64,000 bases of DNA from Novakomyces olei (Eukaryota): assembly GCA_016906335.1 (NCBI GenBank), contig JADEYG010000002.1:310001-374000 (forward strand). The letters are read 5' to 3'. Shown here piece by piece: positions 1-14,413 of the stretch. The translations under genes were made by a program, and so were the position numbers. The notes beneath the pieces are model-generated. The model was not told the origin of the DNA and searched no databases. It worked only from the letters and a program-made list of their open reading frames with translations. Each line of letters begins with the position of its first letter. Within the stretch, counting starts at the first letter, position 1.

Positions 1-480
1 TCATAGCCAGTCACAAATTAATAGTATGGAGTAATGCAATGTGCTAGATTTGGGGTATATCATGCTAATTATTTATTTATTTATTTAGAATAGAGGGAGA
101 GCCAGCGACTAGCAAGTATGGAATTAAAGTTCAACTGCAAAGATTACCGTGCCGCATAGAGAGTCTTGTATGTAATACATACACAATATAATAGAGTAGA
201 ATATAAATGACACATGCAGAAAAGTGGGGTTAGTGGGGGAAAGTGTCACCCTACACTTGCGTACTGCTACTATGGCAAAACTAAAACTGGTAATTATTCT
301 CTTTCCCAATGTTATACACGTCCCCTCCATAACACGTAATATTAATCCATGGTAAAATCGCTGCTCCACGACTGACGTAAACTGCAGATAGCAACCGAAT
401 GGTCTTTACTGTAGAAGACTCCGCTCTGAGAATAACATTACGAATTTGTAGTTGCAAGCTGCAAACTGACCCGTTCAATT

Positions 481-1558
481 ATGGCTCATGCAGTGCGCGA
501 TAGCACTGCCATTGCTGCAGATGATGCAGCCGCACCAACAATAGCTGACGCTGTTGCGGCGCCCACACATTCGATCAAAGACGGCGACGGCCAGAGTGCG
601 CCTTTGGGCGGCCGTAATCTATTGATTTTCTCAGATTTTGATGGCACTATCTTCAAGCAGGTATGCAGCGGATAAAGGGTATCGTCAATTTTAACAACAC
701 AGGATACAGGACACTTGATTTTTGATGCGTACGGGTGCGGACCGGAAAGGCGTAAGGATCTGGCGGACGCCATCGAGTCTGGAACTGACACGTTTCGTGA
801 TGCTTCTGATAAATTATGGGGTTCGGTGCAAGTTTCGTTCGATAAAGCGTACCAGCTGATGGTTGACAAACTGGAAATGGACCCTGATTTCCCAAAATTC
901 AACCAGTTTTGTGTTAGCAATCACATACCTTTTGCCATTATCTCGGCGGGTGTACGTCCGCTGTTACGAGCTATACTGGATCACTTTTTGGGGCAGCAAG
1001 TGGTAATTTAGAAACATGGTTTTGACTATAGCTATTGGCTCATTTGGCAAACTCTTCGTTCCTTTATTCTACTGTTATTCTCTTGAACGTTTGCTTGTTT
1101 TATAATTTCGGAAACTTAATTGTCTTTTGCTGACACTGCAGTCGAGGCATATCGATATCATTTCTAATGATGTGAAAATCGACGCTCAGGGCCACTGGAC
1201 ACCCGTTTGGCGCCATGGTGATAGTCCATTGGGCCACGACAAATCGCTTAGTATCAAGGAGGTACGCAAGGCCCATGCAAACTGCAAAGTAGCACCGCTT
1301 ATCGTTATGATCGGAGACGGAGTCTCTGATTTAGCTGCAGCACGAGAGGCAGATGTGCTTTTCGCGAAACGTGGTCTTCGTTTAGAAAGCTATTGTCTTG
1401 AAAACAAGATCCCACATACTCCATTTGATCGATTCAGCGATGTGCAGCATGCGATTGTACGTCTAGTGCGTGAGGACTATGAACATCGCCAAACGCATGG
1501 TCGTCCTAAATTTTATAGAGCAATATCTCGCGCAGTAGCTGAAGCGGAAACATTATAG
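481..1558 (+). CDS. HAD-superfamily phosphatase (MtnX-like / polyol-phosphate phosphatase Pyp1-like), 3 exons (481-660, 703-1002, 1142-1558)
   Basis: Motif I FSDFDGTIFKQ|DTG across a GT..AG intron; IISAG, GHDKS and IGDGVSDL..AR.AD.LFAK motifs; frame continuous after splicing. Confidence 0.85.
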
Positions 1559-1983
1559 CCCTTGCTGTCATTCAGTCATATTAGCGTATCTACATCGATG
1601 TCTAGTGAGATAAGTTATTTATTAACTATTTTTTGTAAATGTTTCGATACACTGGAATCCAAGGTCGTAAAGTTAGAATACTACCTTTGATCCAATACGA
1701 GTTCGTGAAGCGCGGAGACAAGTGCCAGCATTCAAAATGTAATGAAATTCTCATTAGTGTTTCCTTTCACCAAAGCGGAGAACTACAAATTTGGGTTATA
1801 TAGGGAAACTCTCGCTTTCCGGGGTATACTAAAGCCGTTATCGTGATACATATGTATAGGATAAACAAGTTAGACTACACAGGTCTAGACAGCACAAGTA
1901 TAGACTACATAAATATAGGCTATATTTTTTATCCAGATAATCCATACTTGCCTGCAAAGGAGTGCAAAGCACGGCATTACACA

Positions 1984-4009
1984 ATGGCACTTTCTTTACT
2001 GTCTCGTACTTTTGCGCGCCAGACAGGCAAATGTAGCGTCAATTGTACGCGGCGAACGTTTGCGGCGGCTGTAAGTGTACACAATGTTTTTAAACGTTAC
2101 TAATATAAACATCTAGCCAGCTCACCAGGAACTGCGTAGAACACCACTATACGATCTTCATCGGCAGCATGAGGCGTTACTTGTGCCTTTTGCAGGGTTC
2201 GAAATGCCTTTAAAGTACTCGAATTTAGGAGCAATTGACTCGCACCTTTGGGTTCGCCAAAAGGCCGGTGTCTTTGATGTATCACACATGGTAGGTGAAT
2301 CATATTCATATCTGATACTTGAGTCAGTTGAGCTCGTACTTGCTGGCTGCAAGAACGTTAATTATCTGTCTTTACCTGAAAATGCGTTTCGATTTTCTTC
2401 CAAGATTTAGACAAACAGCAATTTGTTAAGCAGTTTTTCTCATTTTATACGCTTCCTGTTGATAATTATATCTTTTCTAGATTTTCCGATTTTCACAAAT
2501 CACTATTCTATGTATATTGCATCTCGTCAGCTCTGTTCACCAGACCTTTTTTATTGCCGTAGTATATGATTGAGGCTAAGCCGTCTGTAACCCCCCTATC
2601 AATTATTGTCTAATTTACGAATAGGTACAATGGCTTGTCAGCGGTACGGATGCTACCAAGTTTCTCGAGTATGCAACACCATCTGGCATTACTGCTTTAC
2701 CTCCCAATACGTCTACACTATCCGTTTTGACAAACGCTCATGGTGGAATTGTGGATGATCTTATGATTACACGCCTCGGTGATAATGAATTTTATCTTGT
2801 TACAAACGCGGCCTGCCGTGAAAAGGACACTGCACATTTGAATGCGCTTCTTTCCGGGTTCCCAAACACGAAACTGCAAGAGATTACAGACAAGGCTCTT
2901 ATCGCGGTTCAAGGTATGATATGGTTCTTTTTATCCTCTGATTTGGATTGTTTAAATCCTCTATTGCTTATTCTATTTTTATATTTTATTTTCTAATTTT
3001 AATTTTAATTTCAATTTTAATTTCAACTTCAATTTCAATCTGAATTACGGTTTTTTATTGTACTTGGTGCCGATTTCTGTTCTTAATTCCTTGATGAGTC
3101 AACCAATTAAATTCAATACTCATTCAAAAGGTCCCGAAGCAGTGAGCTTGATTGCCAAGCATACGCCACTTGACATGAGAGCGCTTTCGTTTGGAAAAAC
3201 GGCTTTTACTAAACTCTTTGGAGTCATTGTGCAAATGGCCCGAGGAGGGTATACCGGGGAAGACGGAGTAGAAATTGCCATTCCTGCTAATGCGGCAATG
3301 GAGGTCACTGAAAACCTGTTGGCCAGCAGTGAATTGTTTTCTCTAATCGGACTTGGAGCGCGTGACAGTCTAAGATTAGAGGCCGGAATGTGCCTTTATG
3401 GCCACGATTTGGATGAGACCACGACGCCTGTAGAGGCAGCTCTGTCTTGGATTATCCCAAAGAATCGACGCACAGAGGGCGGGTTCTTGGGTGAGGAGGT
3501 TATCTTAGAACAGTTGAAGAATGGTGTAGAGCGGCGTCGTGTTGGGTTCATTGTTGAAGGCCCGGCAGCAAGAGGTTCGTTGGTTTTATATGATGTCATT
3601 TTATGTTCATTAAATCAGATATCCAATTTTTACTTTAATTTTTTTTTTACGGAAATTCAGGATATAATTTCATTTAGAATTTCCTTTTTTAATATATTTG
3701 TTCATCGGCCTTTTACTACATCAAGACCGATCTAATATAGTCTTCACGTTTATCTCTTTAGTTGATCTCAAATCTAACTCTTTTTCAGAGGGCGCACAGG
3801 TATTCGATGAGCACGGAGCTCATCAAATTGGTGTAATTACATCAGGAGCTCCTTCACCGACTCTTGGTCAGAACATTGCAATGGGATACGTTAAGCAAGG
3901 AATGCATAAGAGCGGGACTCGTGTTAATGCACAGGTGCGTAATAAATTACGGCATGCAAATGTGGCACGCATGCCGTTTGTTGCACCAAAATACTATAAA
4001 TCGGCATGA
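1984..4009 (+). CDS. GCV1: Glycine cleavage system T protein (aminomethyltransferase), mitochondrial, 5 exons
   Basis: Arg-rich presequence; RTPLYDLH, VPFAGFEMP, FDVSHM, RGGYTGEDGVEI, GLGARDSLRLEAGMCLYG, ITSGAPSPTL, MPFV..KYY; introns 2071-2116, 2291-2624, 2914-3130, 3575-3788. Confidence 0.96.
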
Positions 4010-4609
4010 TATTAACGAGATCGGCATCGCCTTTGTTTATTTTCATTTTAATTCTTAATTTATTCACTTGATCCGTTTAACAAGTCTCCAAAATTTGCTC
4101 GAATTCGATATAGTGCTTATCAGAGCGTCCACTAAACAAGAATTTTGCAGTTTCTAGAGGTAGCAATCGACAGACGGCTTTCATACTTCATCTTGTTCTC
4201 TGCTTGTATTATTTACTAGCTTTTGAGCCTTCAAAGTTTATAAAAGGTCCTTATGATGATGGTTTCAATTCTTTTCTCTTTTTATTGAAAATATTCGTCT
4301 GCAACTTCAAATTGCAATGCTATCTCGCTCATTTCCCGTCAATTACAATTAAACTTTTCCTCTTTTATTTCCCCGGCCACCTCCTTCCCCTTACCATCAC
4401 CTAAACCTCTTGCGCCAATCCATGCTGAGGTCTTCAATTCAATTCCCCCCACTAAACATAGGCTAACATGAAGCCAAGAGCATATTCAAAAACCAAGCAG
4501 CAAAAATCCCAAAAAAACTAATAATGAATGAAAATGACAATGAGATGAAATGAAATGAAACGACAATGAAAATGCTTATGAAGCAATAAATGCTTTAGCT
4601 GATGACAGC

Positions 4610-6389
4610 TCAATCTGACTCGTTTGCCTCCAGGACTTGAGCATTTGCTTCCTTCATTTCGAGGACAGATCCGGTACTGCGATTAGCTGCCACATTACTC
4701 GTCTCAACAAAGCCTGCTCGTTCGTTATAAGGTGTCTCTGGCGGCGAATAAATCGCATTTATTTGTTCCAGAGACATACCCCTGGTTTCCTTGATACACC
4801 ATACAATGATTCCTAGCGTTAGTTTGATTGTCACTGTTTGTACATGTATATGTATGTGTATATACATACATATATTTTTATCCATTCATCTTTTAGTTGC
4901 TATTCTTTTTTTTCCTTTTCTTAACAATCTTACCGAAGCTAATAAAACTAGACACGAGAAACAGTGCAGTCCAGGCTGGACCAATCAGGGCAAACATTAT
5001 TGGGCTCACCATGGCGATAGCGAAACTGAAAAGGTAATTAGCCGCTGTTGCCAGGGCGGCACCTTGTGATCTTATTTGCATAGGCAAAACTTCGTTAAGA
5101 ACGACATAGGCCATTGGACCCCACGTAGCGGAAAAAGCGCTCAAGTACGCAAAGACGGATATGATCAGCGTAATGTAGACTCCCAAAGACTTATGGGGCA
5201 CATATGACATTATAATGAAAAGAATGAGCATGGCTGCCATTCCGAGAGAACCAGCAGCGAGAGGCACCCGACGGCCGACGCGTTCTACCATATAAATCCC
5301 GGGCCAGGTCATCGCAAAAACGGTGAATCCAAAAAGCACAGTGCTTATGAGGACATTATCAAAGGGCAAAAGGCGGGCTCCGAAATAGAGGAAAAAATTA
5401 ATGCCGACCAGCTGTTGCAGCGACATTATGGCAATACCGAGCAAAACTGCCTTTCTGTACCGTCGGCTAAAGGCGGTGAAAACTGTTGTTGTCTTTTCTA
5501 GCCGTTGAAACTCCTGAACTTGGTCTTCAATCATGGCCAGTTGCCTTTGAACTTGTATCTCGTCTTGTTGAGGCAAAGAGCTCAGGCTAGTATTGCTCCT
5601 TTTCGCCTTTGGTCTTTCAACTTTACTAGCCAGTATTGCACGTGCACGCTCAATTTGGCCCTTTTGTACCAAGTAAAAGGGCGATTCTGGCAGAGTAATT
5701 ACGACGGGCAGAAAGATTATTCCGTAAATTAGGTTGACGGCCATTGGAAGACGCCAGCAGACACTTGAGTTCTGCATATGAGAAGCAGCAAACGTGACAA
5801 TTGCCCCCAAAAATATTCCAAAAGTGAGAGCCAGTTGGAACGAGGATACGATTATGCCACGGGATTTTACTGAGCTCAGCTCTGATTGCAATTGCGGGAC
5901 AACAGCAACAAATCCACCGATTCCGATGCCGCTGAGGCCCCGGCCAACGATTATTTGCGCAACTGCGGAGAACGAGGTAAGTTGAATTGTTTGGCCGATC
6001 AGGTACACTGCGCAGTAGAATGAGCAGCAGCCTTTTTTGCCCATGTACCTTGACAAGAAAGAAGAGAAGAGGCATCCGATCATGCAGCCAATGGGCATTA
6101 TACCGACAACAAGGCCTTTGAGAAGTGGACTCAGTACGTATCCGTTATGCACATCGAGTATGTCACCAAACGAAGAATTGAAATCGTCCAATTCAAGTAA
6201 GCCTGGACGCACTTAGTAACGAAGTTTAAAAAGACAAAACAATAAAATGAAAGAAGGAATAAGGGTAATAAAAATGAAGGGAGCAGGAAGGAGAAGAGAG
6301 ATTTTACCACCAATGATTCCTGTATCAGCACCGCCAATAAGGCCTCCGAGAGAGAGCAATAGAAGAGGCACGTTTTGCCGATCAAACAT
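4610..6389 (-). CDS. MFS sugar porter (hexose transporter family), 3 exons
   Basis: Exon 1 MFDRQNVPLLLLSLGGLIGGADTGIIG; GR..SGIGIG, PESP, LQQLVGINFFLYFG, VERVGRR, ETRGMSLEQI motifs. Confidence 0.92.
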
Positions 6390-8566
6390 TGCTGGGATTT
6401 TTATTGTTGTTCGCTATTATTATTCTTATCGTGTTTCGCTTTCAGTACCTTGATACTGATGTCTCCTTTTCTCCCAAATTTGTTATGTTTTCAAATTTGT
6501 TTGACGACTTCAACGAGAAACAATATTTAAAAAAAAGTAAAAATAAAAGAAAAGTGCTGATTTAGAGTAGAGATATGGTCTCTATGGAGCAGCTACACTC
6601 GAAAACGATCGAATGAGATTGCCAGTCGTGTTGTTTTTTCCGTGAATCGAATTATTTTTTTTATCTTCAAAAATTTTGATTTATTTGAGTCGTTTTTACC
6701 CTCGATTAAACCTCACGGACGCGATTTGCTTCGAGAGTTGTTTCTTGATTGAAGGCAAGAAATCAAAGGGGATACAGGCGGGTTTAAATAAGTCTCTCTG
6801 TCAAAAGACGTTCAGTCTCTATTCTTTGCCAGATTTCGGTAACGGTAGGAAGATCAAGCTAATATATCGGGAGTCCGTCAATGGGAAAATAAATAATATA
6901 CGCGATTTAAAAAAGAAAGACCAAAAAAGCAGCAAGTGTGCTTAATTTTTAAAAATGTATTACAGAAAGAGCAGCAGCTTTAGTTTGCGGTAAATCAAGG
7001 GCAGAATCTGATTCATAGTGGTGATGCCGGCACTATATTATTGTCTTTCTGTTTTAAATTTAAACTATATAAATGTTTAATGGTATTTCCATCTTGGTTT
7101 TGCTTGGAATAATTGATTTATCAATAAGCTTTGCGGGACTTCCACTTTGAGAGGTAAATTGTACGACCCGTTTGCTATTAGCCGAAACCGATCGGGAACG
7201 AGCGCCACGGGAAAGGATTTTAATGAAACCTTCTTCTATTTTGTTTTATAATATTATACTATTTTAACTGTTTGTGTCATTCTCGTTTCTTAAATCTCTT
7301 GGTTTTTTCTCAACCATTTTAGTCGGGCCAACGTTTACCCCAGTTTTCAACGTCGACTTGCACGTTTTAAAGTCTGTCTTAGACAGCTCGTGTAAAATTA
7401 GCGTCAGACACTATTCGCAAAATATCGCACATGCACAGTGATGTTTTACAAAGATACTACAGAATGAATTTGATATTGCTTCAATTGCCGATAATCAGAA
7501 AACAACTAATTTGTTAACGGAGCCCGTGTGGTATCGAAATGACTTTGTGCAATTAATGGCTTGTGATCGACCTGGGCGATATACTTAATTCCACGGGTTT
7601 TATAACGGAGCAATTACATCATGTGCAAACTGTGAAGGAAGAAGAGATCATGTAGAAAAACGTTTTAGTATTCGGCGGTGAATCAACCTCGTCAAAATTA
7701 AAATTCAGAAATCACCGCGCCTTACACTCAGGCTACCACAACTTTGCCGTACTTTAGACAGTTGTGCTACAGTTGCTATATAGTACACGACGTTACATGA
7801 TCACCGCATTTAACTTCAGTAACGTTACAACTGCCTACTTTAATGTAAAAGTTATCCTTGCCGTTAAGGTATCCCAAAGTTTCTATAACATATCTAATAA
7901 AGATATGGACGCCGTGGTGGTGGTCCGTTATGCAAGGGTGCTATAACTTTACTTGCACTTCGCAGCGTTACTATAGGCTTTATCGTATACTTTAGGCACG
8001 TCCAGGTTCCAATGACTAACGTGTGTGCTTGCTAGCGGCACGGGACTATCTGCTGGTGCTACTTACTAAATGTACCCATGTTCCGTTACCATCAATCAAT
8101 TAAGACCTTGACATTTAATTAAACCTTGCTATCCAAGGACCGAGATACTTGGTCTTTGCTATCCACGTGCTATCACACTGTAGACAAAGAAAGCCTTTAG
8201 AAAGCCTCCCTCTGCAAGGGTCTCTTGGTTCAAAGTACGAATTCTAATTGTTTATATGAACATAATTCAGCACCAGCACCGTGCTTTCTCACAGGCATGA
8301 CACATTCATCTGCAGTATGAGTGTACCGTTATAAATAGCGCAAATAAACCCTAAATCTCTCTTGTGAGTAACTGCAATTTGCTGCTTATCTCTTGGATTA
8401 TCGACACACGTAATTATTGCTTTCCCATGAACCAGACGGAGTTCTCATAAACTTGCGATCTTGTGGGCCACTTGGAGTGAGTCATTGTGGAGAGAAAAGC
8501 CGGTCCGGCTGTTTGCTTGGTTGCACCCTGCTCGCGCTAAGCTAAATTTCTACGCGTGTGCCGGCA

Positions 8567-11500
8567 ATGCGTCTATCAAACCCGAACCGGCTACTTTCGA
8601 GCTCTGCACGATCTTCACGGGCCCCTTCACCACGTCCAGCGGCTGAAATTGCTCCTGCAGTCCCTCCGTTTATTGTTAGAATCCAAATTCTAAGGGTAAG
8701 CTTTACTTCTTCTTTTAATTGCACCCAAATTATTATTTCTAACTGTAAAAGGGCAAAGATTTGGTGGCGAAAGATAGAAGCGGCTCTAGCGATCCCGTAT
8801 GTATAAAGTACCACGCTTTGTTGTTCAGCTTTGGTTCAATCATTTTAAACTCGGCGTTTCCCTTATTTAAAGTTATGGTCCACGGGCACCTTTGATTTGC
8901 TGTAGTTGCTCTCAAGAGATATGCTATCTCTGCTCAATGAATGGTGTTTAATAATATAATTTGTCTGGACTTTGGCCTTTAGCTGTTGATTTTATGTTAA
9001 CGGCCAGTTTGCTATAGTGCGGATCAATGACTCAAAAAAAACGACAAGCGTGGTGAAAAAGAGCTTGTCACCTGAATGGAACGCGTGCCTGGATTTCACG
9101 TACAAGCCGACCTGGAGCTCAGATACGGTCGAGGTTGTTTGTTATGATAAGGATCGATTTCGGCGAAAAGATTATCTAGGAGAGTTTACTGTGTCGCTCT
9201 TGCATCATTTTGCCAATGGTCATGTCGCCTTTGACGATCCCGAAAACAGTGTATGCCGGACGTTCTTTTTTCTTCTTTTCTTTCATTCTTTTTTTCAGGG
9301 AAAAAAAAGGAAGTTGAAATATACGACTTGAAGTATCTCTTATTAAACTGCCTCCGACCAGTTTAGTCATGGATTACTGATATGTATAGTCTGTATGGTA
9401 TCAACTTGAATCAGGCAAGAAGAAGTCAAAAGTTACGGGGTGTATCGAGGTACGGGCCAGTATTGTAAGTATCCAGAACCCGGGCGCGAGCTCAGCAGAA
9501 TTGTCATCGACATGGAACATGTTTTTGGCAAGAATAAAAGCCGAGGCTCCTAGTGACACTATGTCGATTTTTTTAAACACGCCTGCTACTGAAGCTGTTG
9601 GCATGTTTGACGATGACGAAAGTTTATCAGAAGACGACGATCAAATAGTGGATGCAGCTTCTGAAGAGCCCGCTTATGAATCAGATTTGGTAGACGAAGC
9701 TCTCTCTAGCAATGAAGCAAATCTCGCCATGACCGACCTGGGCAAGGCTCCAGTCGTAGCGAAACAGAAAAAAAGGCGCACGAGACGGCTCAAGCGTCAT
9801 AAAAAGATTTTGCAAAGATACCAGTCTCAAACTTTTCGCAGGGATATGGTCGGGATAGTCTATGTTGACATAAAAAACGTGACTGATCTCCCGCCATTTC
9901 GTAATAGTAAGTGCCAAACTTCACTTTTATAGCGATTTGCATTTTTTTGGAATGTCTCATTCGATTGGTTTTGGGATACTTTACATCTAGTTTACTTTAT
10001 ATATATTTATATGTATAGATATGCTTTTCCAAAGTTTTACTTTAGACTCACCGCTACAGTGACTCGGACTAGTTTTGACATGGATCCATTCGTGATTCTC
10101 GCCTTTGGCAAACGAGTATTCCGTACAAAAATTGTCCGACACAACTTGAACCCGTCGTTCAACGAAAAAGTCATATTTCCATTATTTGCCAGTGAAACTG
10201 GGTACAATCTCGATTTTAAAGTCGTTGATCGCGACAAGTTGTCTTTAAATGATTTGGTAGCGCTTTTGTCCATACCAGTATCGCAATGGATGGGGTCAGC
10301 TGATCCTAATAATGAGCAGGGGAACGATCTAGGAAGTGATTCCGGTAAAGCCTCTAATTTCCCTTTCACTTCTACCGCAGCTTCCAGCTCTGGAATTGAA
10401 GGAGAAAGTGCTAATCACGGTGATTCTGCTACCGATTGCGTGGGCGGTGTGGATTTTAAACCGAATGTCTCTAGTCTCAACTTGAAACTGGCAAAGTCTG
10501 ATATGTTTGAGGGGAAACACAAACCTGTGCTTAATATTACGTATAAAGTTATCCCATTTGGTGATTTGTACCGGCAGTTTTGGAGGGGATTACTCCAACG
10601 TTTTGATTCTGAGGACAAAGGCCGCGTTTCCAAAGTCGAACTTACTACAATGCTGGATACACTTGGCTCTACACTTAGTGACAAGACTATTGATTCCTTT
10701 TACCGACGGTTTGGGGTCGTTGACCCCGAGGGTGAATATGATACTGGTATCACTTATGCCCAGGTCATACAGTGTCTTAGTACGTACTTGGGCATCGATG
10801 CATCGGGCAGTTTAGAGTCTAGTACCGAATCTGCTCCAGAATTACAAAGGGGATCAGTCAGAGCTGACGATTTTGTGCGGGAAGGCTCTGCTAGTACGAG
10901 CAATATTTCAATACCATCACTGGCCAAAACTGGTGCTGATGACGATGAGAGCAATATGGGTCCAGCACTAAATTTAGACGATTTACGTGATCCTTTGGAG
11001 TCAGATTCAAAGCCGGAAAGGCTCGTATCAATCACAGAATGTCCTTTCTGCCATACTGCAGTGGATATGAATCGTTCAATGGAGATAGATGTAATTACGC
11101 ACATGATATGCTGTCTTAGTTATGACTGGAAGAGGATGGATCGGCTTCTTCTTGGTGGTCTCGTGAGTTCAAGTCAGGCTCAACGTAATTGGTATAGCAA
11201 AATTATTACCAAAGTCGCGTATGGAGGCTACCGAATCGGAGCCAACTCTGCGAATACATTGGTCCAGGACCGACGGACGGGTCAGATTCAGGAGGAGCGT
11301 ATGAGTTTTTACGTTAGATTGGGGATAAGGCTACTTTATAAGGGCCTTAAAAGTAGACGTCGCATGGAAAGTTATAGAAGTAAGGAATACCTGTCTTCAT
11401 TTTCAATTTTTTGCTTTTGAGTTTTCTTGATTTGCGTTATAGTCAATTTATTTTATTTTATTTTATTTTATTTTATTTTATTTTATCGATACTCGTCATA

Positions 11501-12700
11501 CCATTTACTTAAACCAGTTCGCCAACTGTTACGATCTCTGAGCATCAAACAAGGTCGCAAGTACGACTCCCCATCGTCGAAACGCGATATTCCGAGCTTT
11601 ATAAAGTTCCATAAGCTCAATATGGAAGAAGTAATGCTGCCCGAAGGCGGCTTCAACAAGTATGAACAGTCGAAAAAGTCTCATTTTCTCTATTATCAAG
11701 ATTAGTGGCTCAAATTATAAAAATATTTTTGTAGTCCTTTTTTGGCATTGTTGAAATTAAAATTAAAATTTTCAATCGTGGCATCAGATGCTTTTATACT
11801 GAATTTTCGTTTCAAGTTATTCAGTTGTCATTTGCTCCAACACTGATTATATCTATTCGGTTTAGAAAGCTTGAAAATTGGCCTTGTCGGTTTCTTATTG
11901 GCTCTACCTTTTTATTTTGGTTTGATTTTATACTTTTAGTATTCTATTTAGTTTAAATTAAGTTGTTTGATATTAGTTTAATGCTTTATTTTTTCGATTC
12001 TTTTATTTACTCATCTACTTTTCTCTTTCGAATTAATTCTAATCTCAGTTTCAACGAGTTCTTCTACCGAAAACTGCTACCCGGCTCACGGCCTTGTGCA
12101 GGCCCTGATCGGCCTGTCGTGGCGGTTTCTCCGGCAGATTCTCGTGCAGTATGTTTCAACACGGTAGACGATGCAACAACCTTTTGGATCAAAGGGCGAG
12201 ATTTTACTCTGCAACGATTACTAGGAGAATCTAAAGAGAAACTGGTCCCGAGGTTCACGAATGGCGGTGTAGCAATTTTCCGTTTGGCACCGCAAGACTA
12301 TCATCGCTTCCATAGTCCAGTGGACGGTGTTGTCCATGAACCCGAGCTGATTGCTGGACAGTATTATACTGTCAATCCAATGGCCATAAGATCGGCGCTG
12401 GATGTCTTTGGAGAAAATGTCCGTGTGGTTGTGCCGATAGAATCGGACCGTCATGGACTCGTAATGGTAGTATGTGTGGGAGCCATGATGGTGGGGTCTA
12501 CCGTGATTACAGCAAAAGCTGGCCAGCGATTATCCCGTACTGATGAGCTTGGGTATTTCAAATTTGGAGGCAGTACAGTCATCGTCGTGTTTGAGCGTGG
12601 AAGAGTTAAATTTGATTCTGATTTAATAGAGAATTCTCGAGCTTCAATTGAGACACTAGTGCGTGTCGGTGCGTCGATTGGTACGGCTGTTGCATCTTGA
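8567..12700 (+). CDS. PSD2: Phosphatidylserine decarboxylase 2 (two C2 domains, EF-hand-like region, PSD domain), about 7 exons
   Basis: C2 motifs (DP.., KKSLSPEWN, MDPFVIL, RHNLNPSFNEK); FNEFFYRKL, FRLAPQDYHRFH, GYFKFGGST self-cleavage motif. Confidence 0.96.
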
Positions 12701-13909
12701 TGGACGAGTGATTTTGCAGCTCAAAAATCTATTTAACCAGTAGACTGCCAATACGTGCACACTGATTCCACTTTGCGCTTATTTATTTTTCATTTATTAT
12801 AAGCATATTGTTTTCAATCGATGCATTTGCATTTGCGGAAATTTTGCACTGGCATGGAAGAGCATCTCCTACATTTGTGTAGTGTATGATTTAATTAATG
12901 TTTCTCTAGTTTATTACCGCAAGACTAAACTTTAAATGTTAGTTGCAATGTAATAGTTTCTTATAATAGGCGTATACGGGATGTTGCATGTAACGTTGTT
13001 CCTGAGAAATTATTCAGTGAGTAGAGTTGCTTTAACAAGCGTGCGTGTATAGTATTGTATGTTTTGCCTTTTGGGTTTGTGGTCAATCAAATCATTTTTT
13101 GGATACTTGGTTTATGATGCAGGTCCTTTGTATGTTTCGGAGCAGTTTCACATTGGCGGCTCTCCCTTAATCCTTAATACGACTGCGCTAATTCAATATT
13201 ATAAAGTGCTTGGGACCAGTCCGTCTACGAGACGTACGTATACTACTCATTTGTCGTTTAGAGCAAAATGGATTAATAAGCAAGAGTCTGAAAATACGCT
13301 AGTTCTTTCCATATAAATCAAGCATAGATCTTTGCGCTCCGCTAATGTTAAAGCTCTTCAATCACGCTACTCTAGTCTTGTTATTATCACTTTTAGGCAC
13401 GAATACTGATCAGCAAATTCAATTTCCGTAGACACTATCAAAATCGCCGTTTAACGTAGAACGTTTCCCTTTTTTTTCTTCTTCTTTTTGACAGCATGAC
13501 AGTTTGTGAAACAATGTATGTACGGTTAAATTATCGAGAAATTGCCGAAATGAAAAGTTCAAGGGAGGAATAAATTTTACAACAAACCCCGTCGTCCCGT
13601 TTAGGCGCAAAGCTTCGATCCCCATATGGAACCTGGCAACTTGTCACATTGTGACGTTTTTTCAGTAATTGAGGGTGCTAGCACGTACGCTAGCAAGTAT
13701 TGTATAATAATTTCATTATAACACTGTTAAAAGTTTCCATCACGACTTTATCGCTATTTCTGTCTGTGCAAGGGTGGGCGCGCGCACACTCACAATATAG
13801 TATGAATAAAATATTATTCTCGAAATGTGGAGAGGAGATTCACGCCAAGGGGAAAAAAGATAATTCGAGTCGTATATAAAGTACCACTCTGCCCACACTG
13901 ACTGGCAAA

Positions 13910-14413
13910 ATGGCATCAGAGTATGAGGCGGACAAGAGCCAGCACCACAAGCGGAGAGCTGTTTCCAAGTCGCCTCGGCGGAGAGGTCAAAGCAGCAATT
14001 CGTCTGGTATTGCAATGACCCCGCTGGACCTGGCTAATCGGCCTGCTACAAGCATCCCCGCCTCGGGCACCTGCAAGAGCTATTCGAACCTGGCTGCTTC
14101 TCAGACAGCACTCCGAAGGTGCTCATACTCGGCATCGAGACTGCAGCAGTGTGTGGAGAATATGACACTGGCCGCCGCTGCAGCGGCGGCCTCACCGAAC
14201 GCTTTTCCTGCTTCACCACAACTGCAGCCAGCACTTTCGCCTTTGGGAGTAATGACACCGTTCCTGCTGGAACTGTCTGACGAGTACCAGTGGGAGCTTT
14301 CCGCTTCTTCGGCCGCCTCAAACAGCGGACTCGGCGAGCCGAGTGGGTTGAGGTGCAGTACAGACTCTGTTGAAATGGGAGTCGACGCTATTCGGCTCGA
14401 CTGCTCACGGTAA
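13910..14413 (+). CDS. Small intronless Ser/Pro-rich hypothetical protein (167 aa)
   Basis: GC-rich ORF, ATG in AAAATGG context, TATATAAA at 13873; SP/TP-rich block SPQLQPALSPLGVMTPFLLE. Confidence 0.65.
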   Translation: MASEYEADKSQHHKRRAVSKSPRRRGQSSNSSGIAMTPLDLANRPATSIPASGTCKSYSNLAASQTALRRCSYSASRLQQCVENMTLAAAAAAASPNAFPASPQLQPALSPLGVMTPFLLELSDEYQWELSASSAASNSGLGEPSGLRCSTDSVEMGVDAIRLDCSR

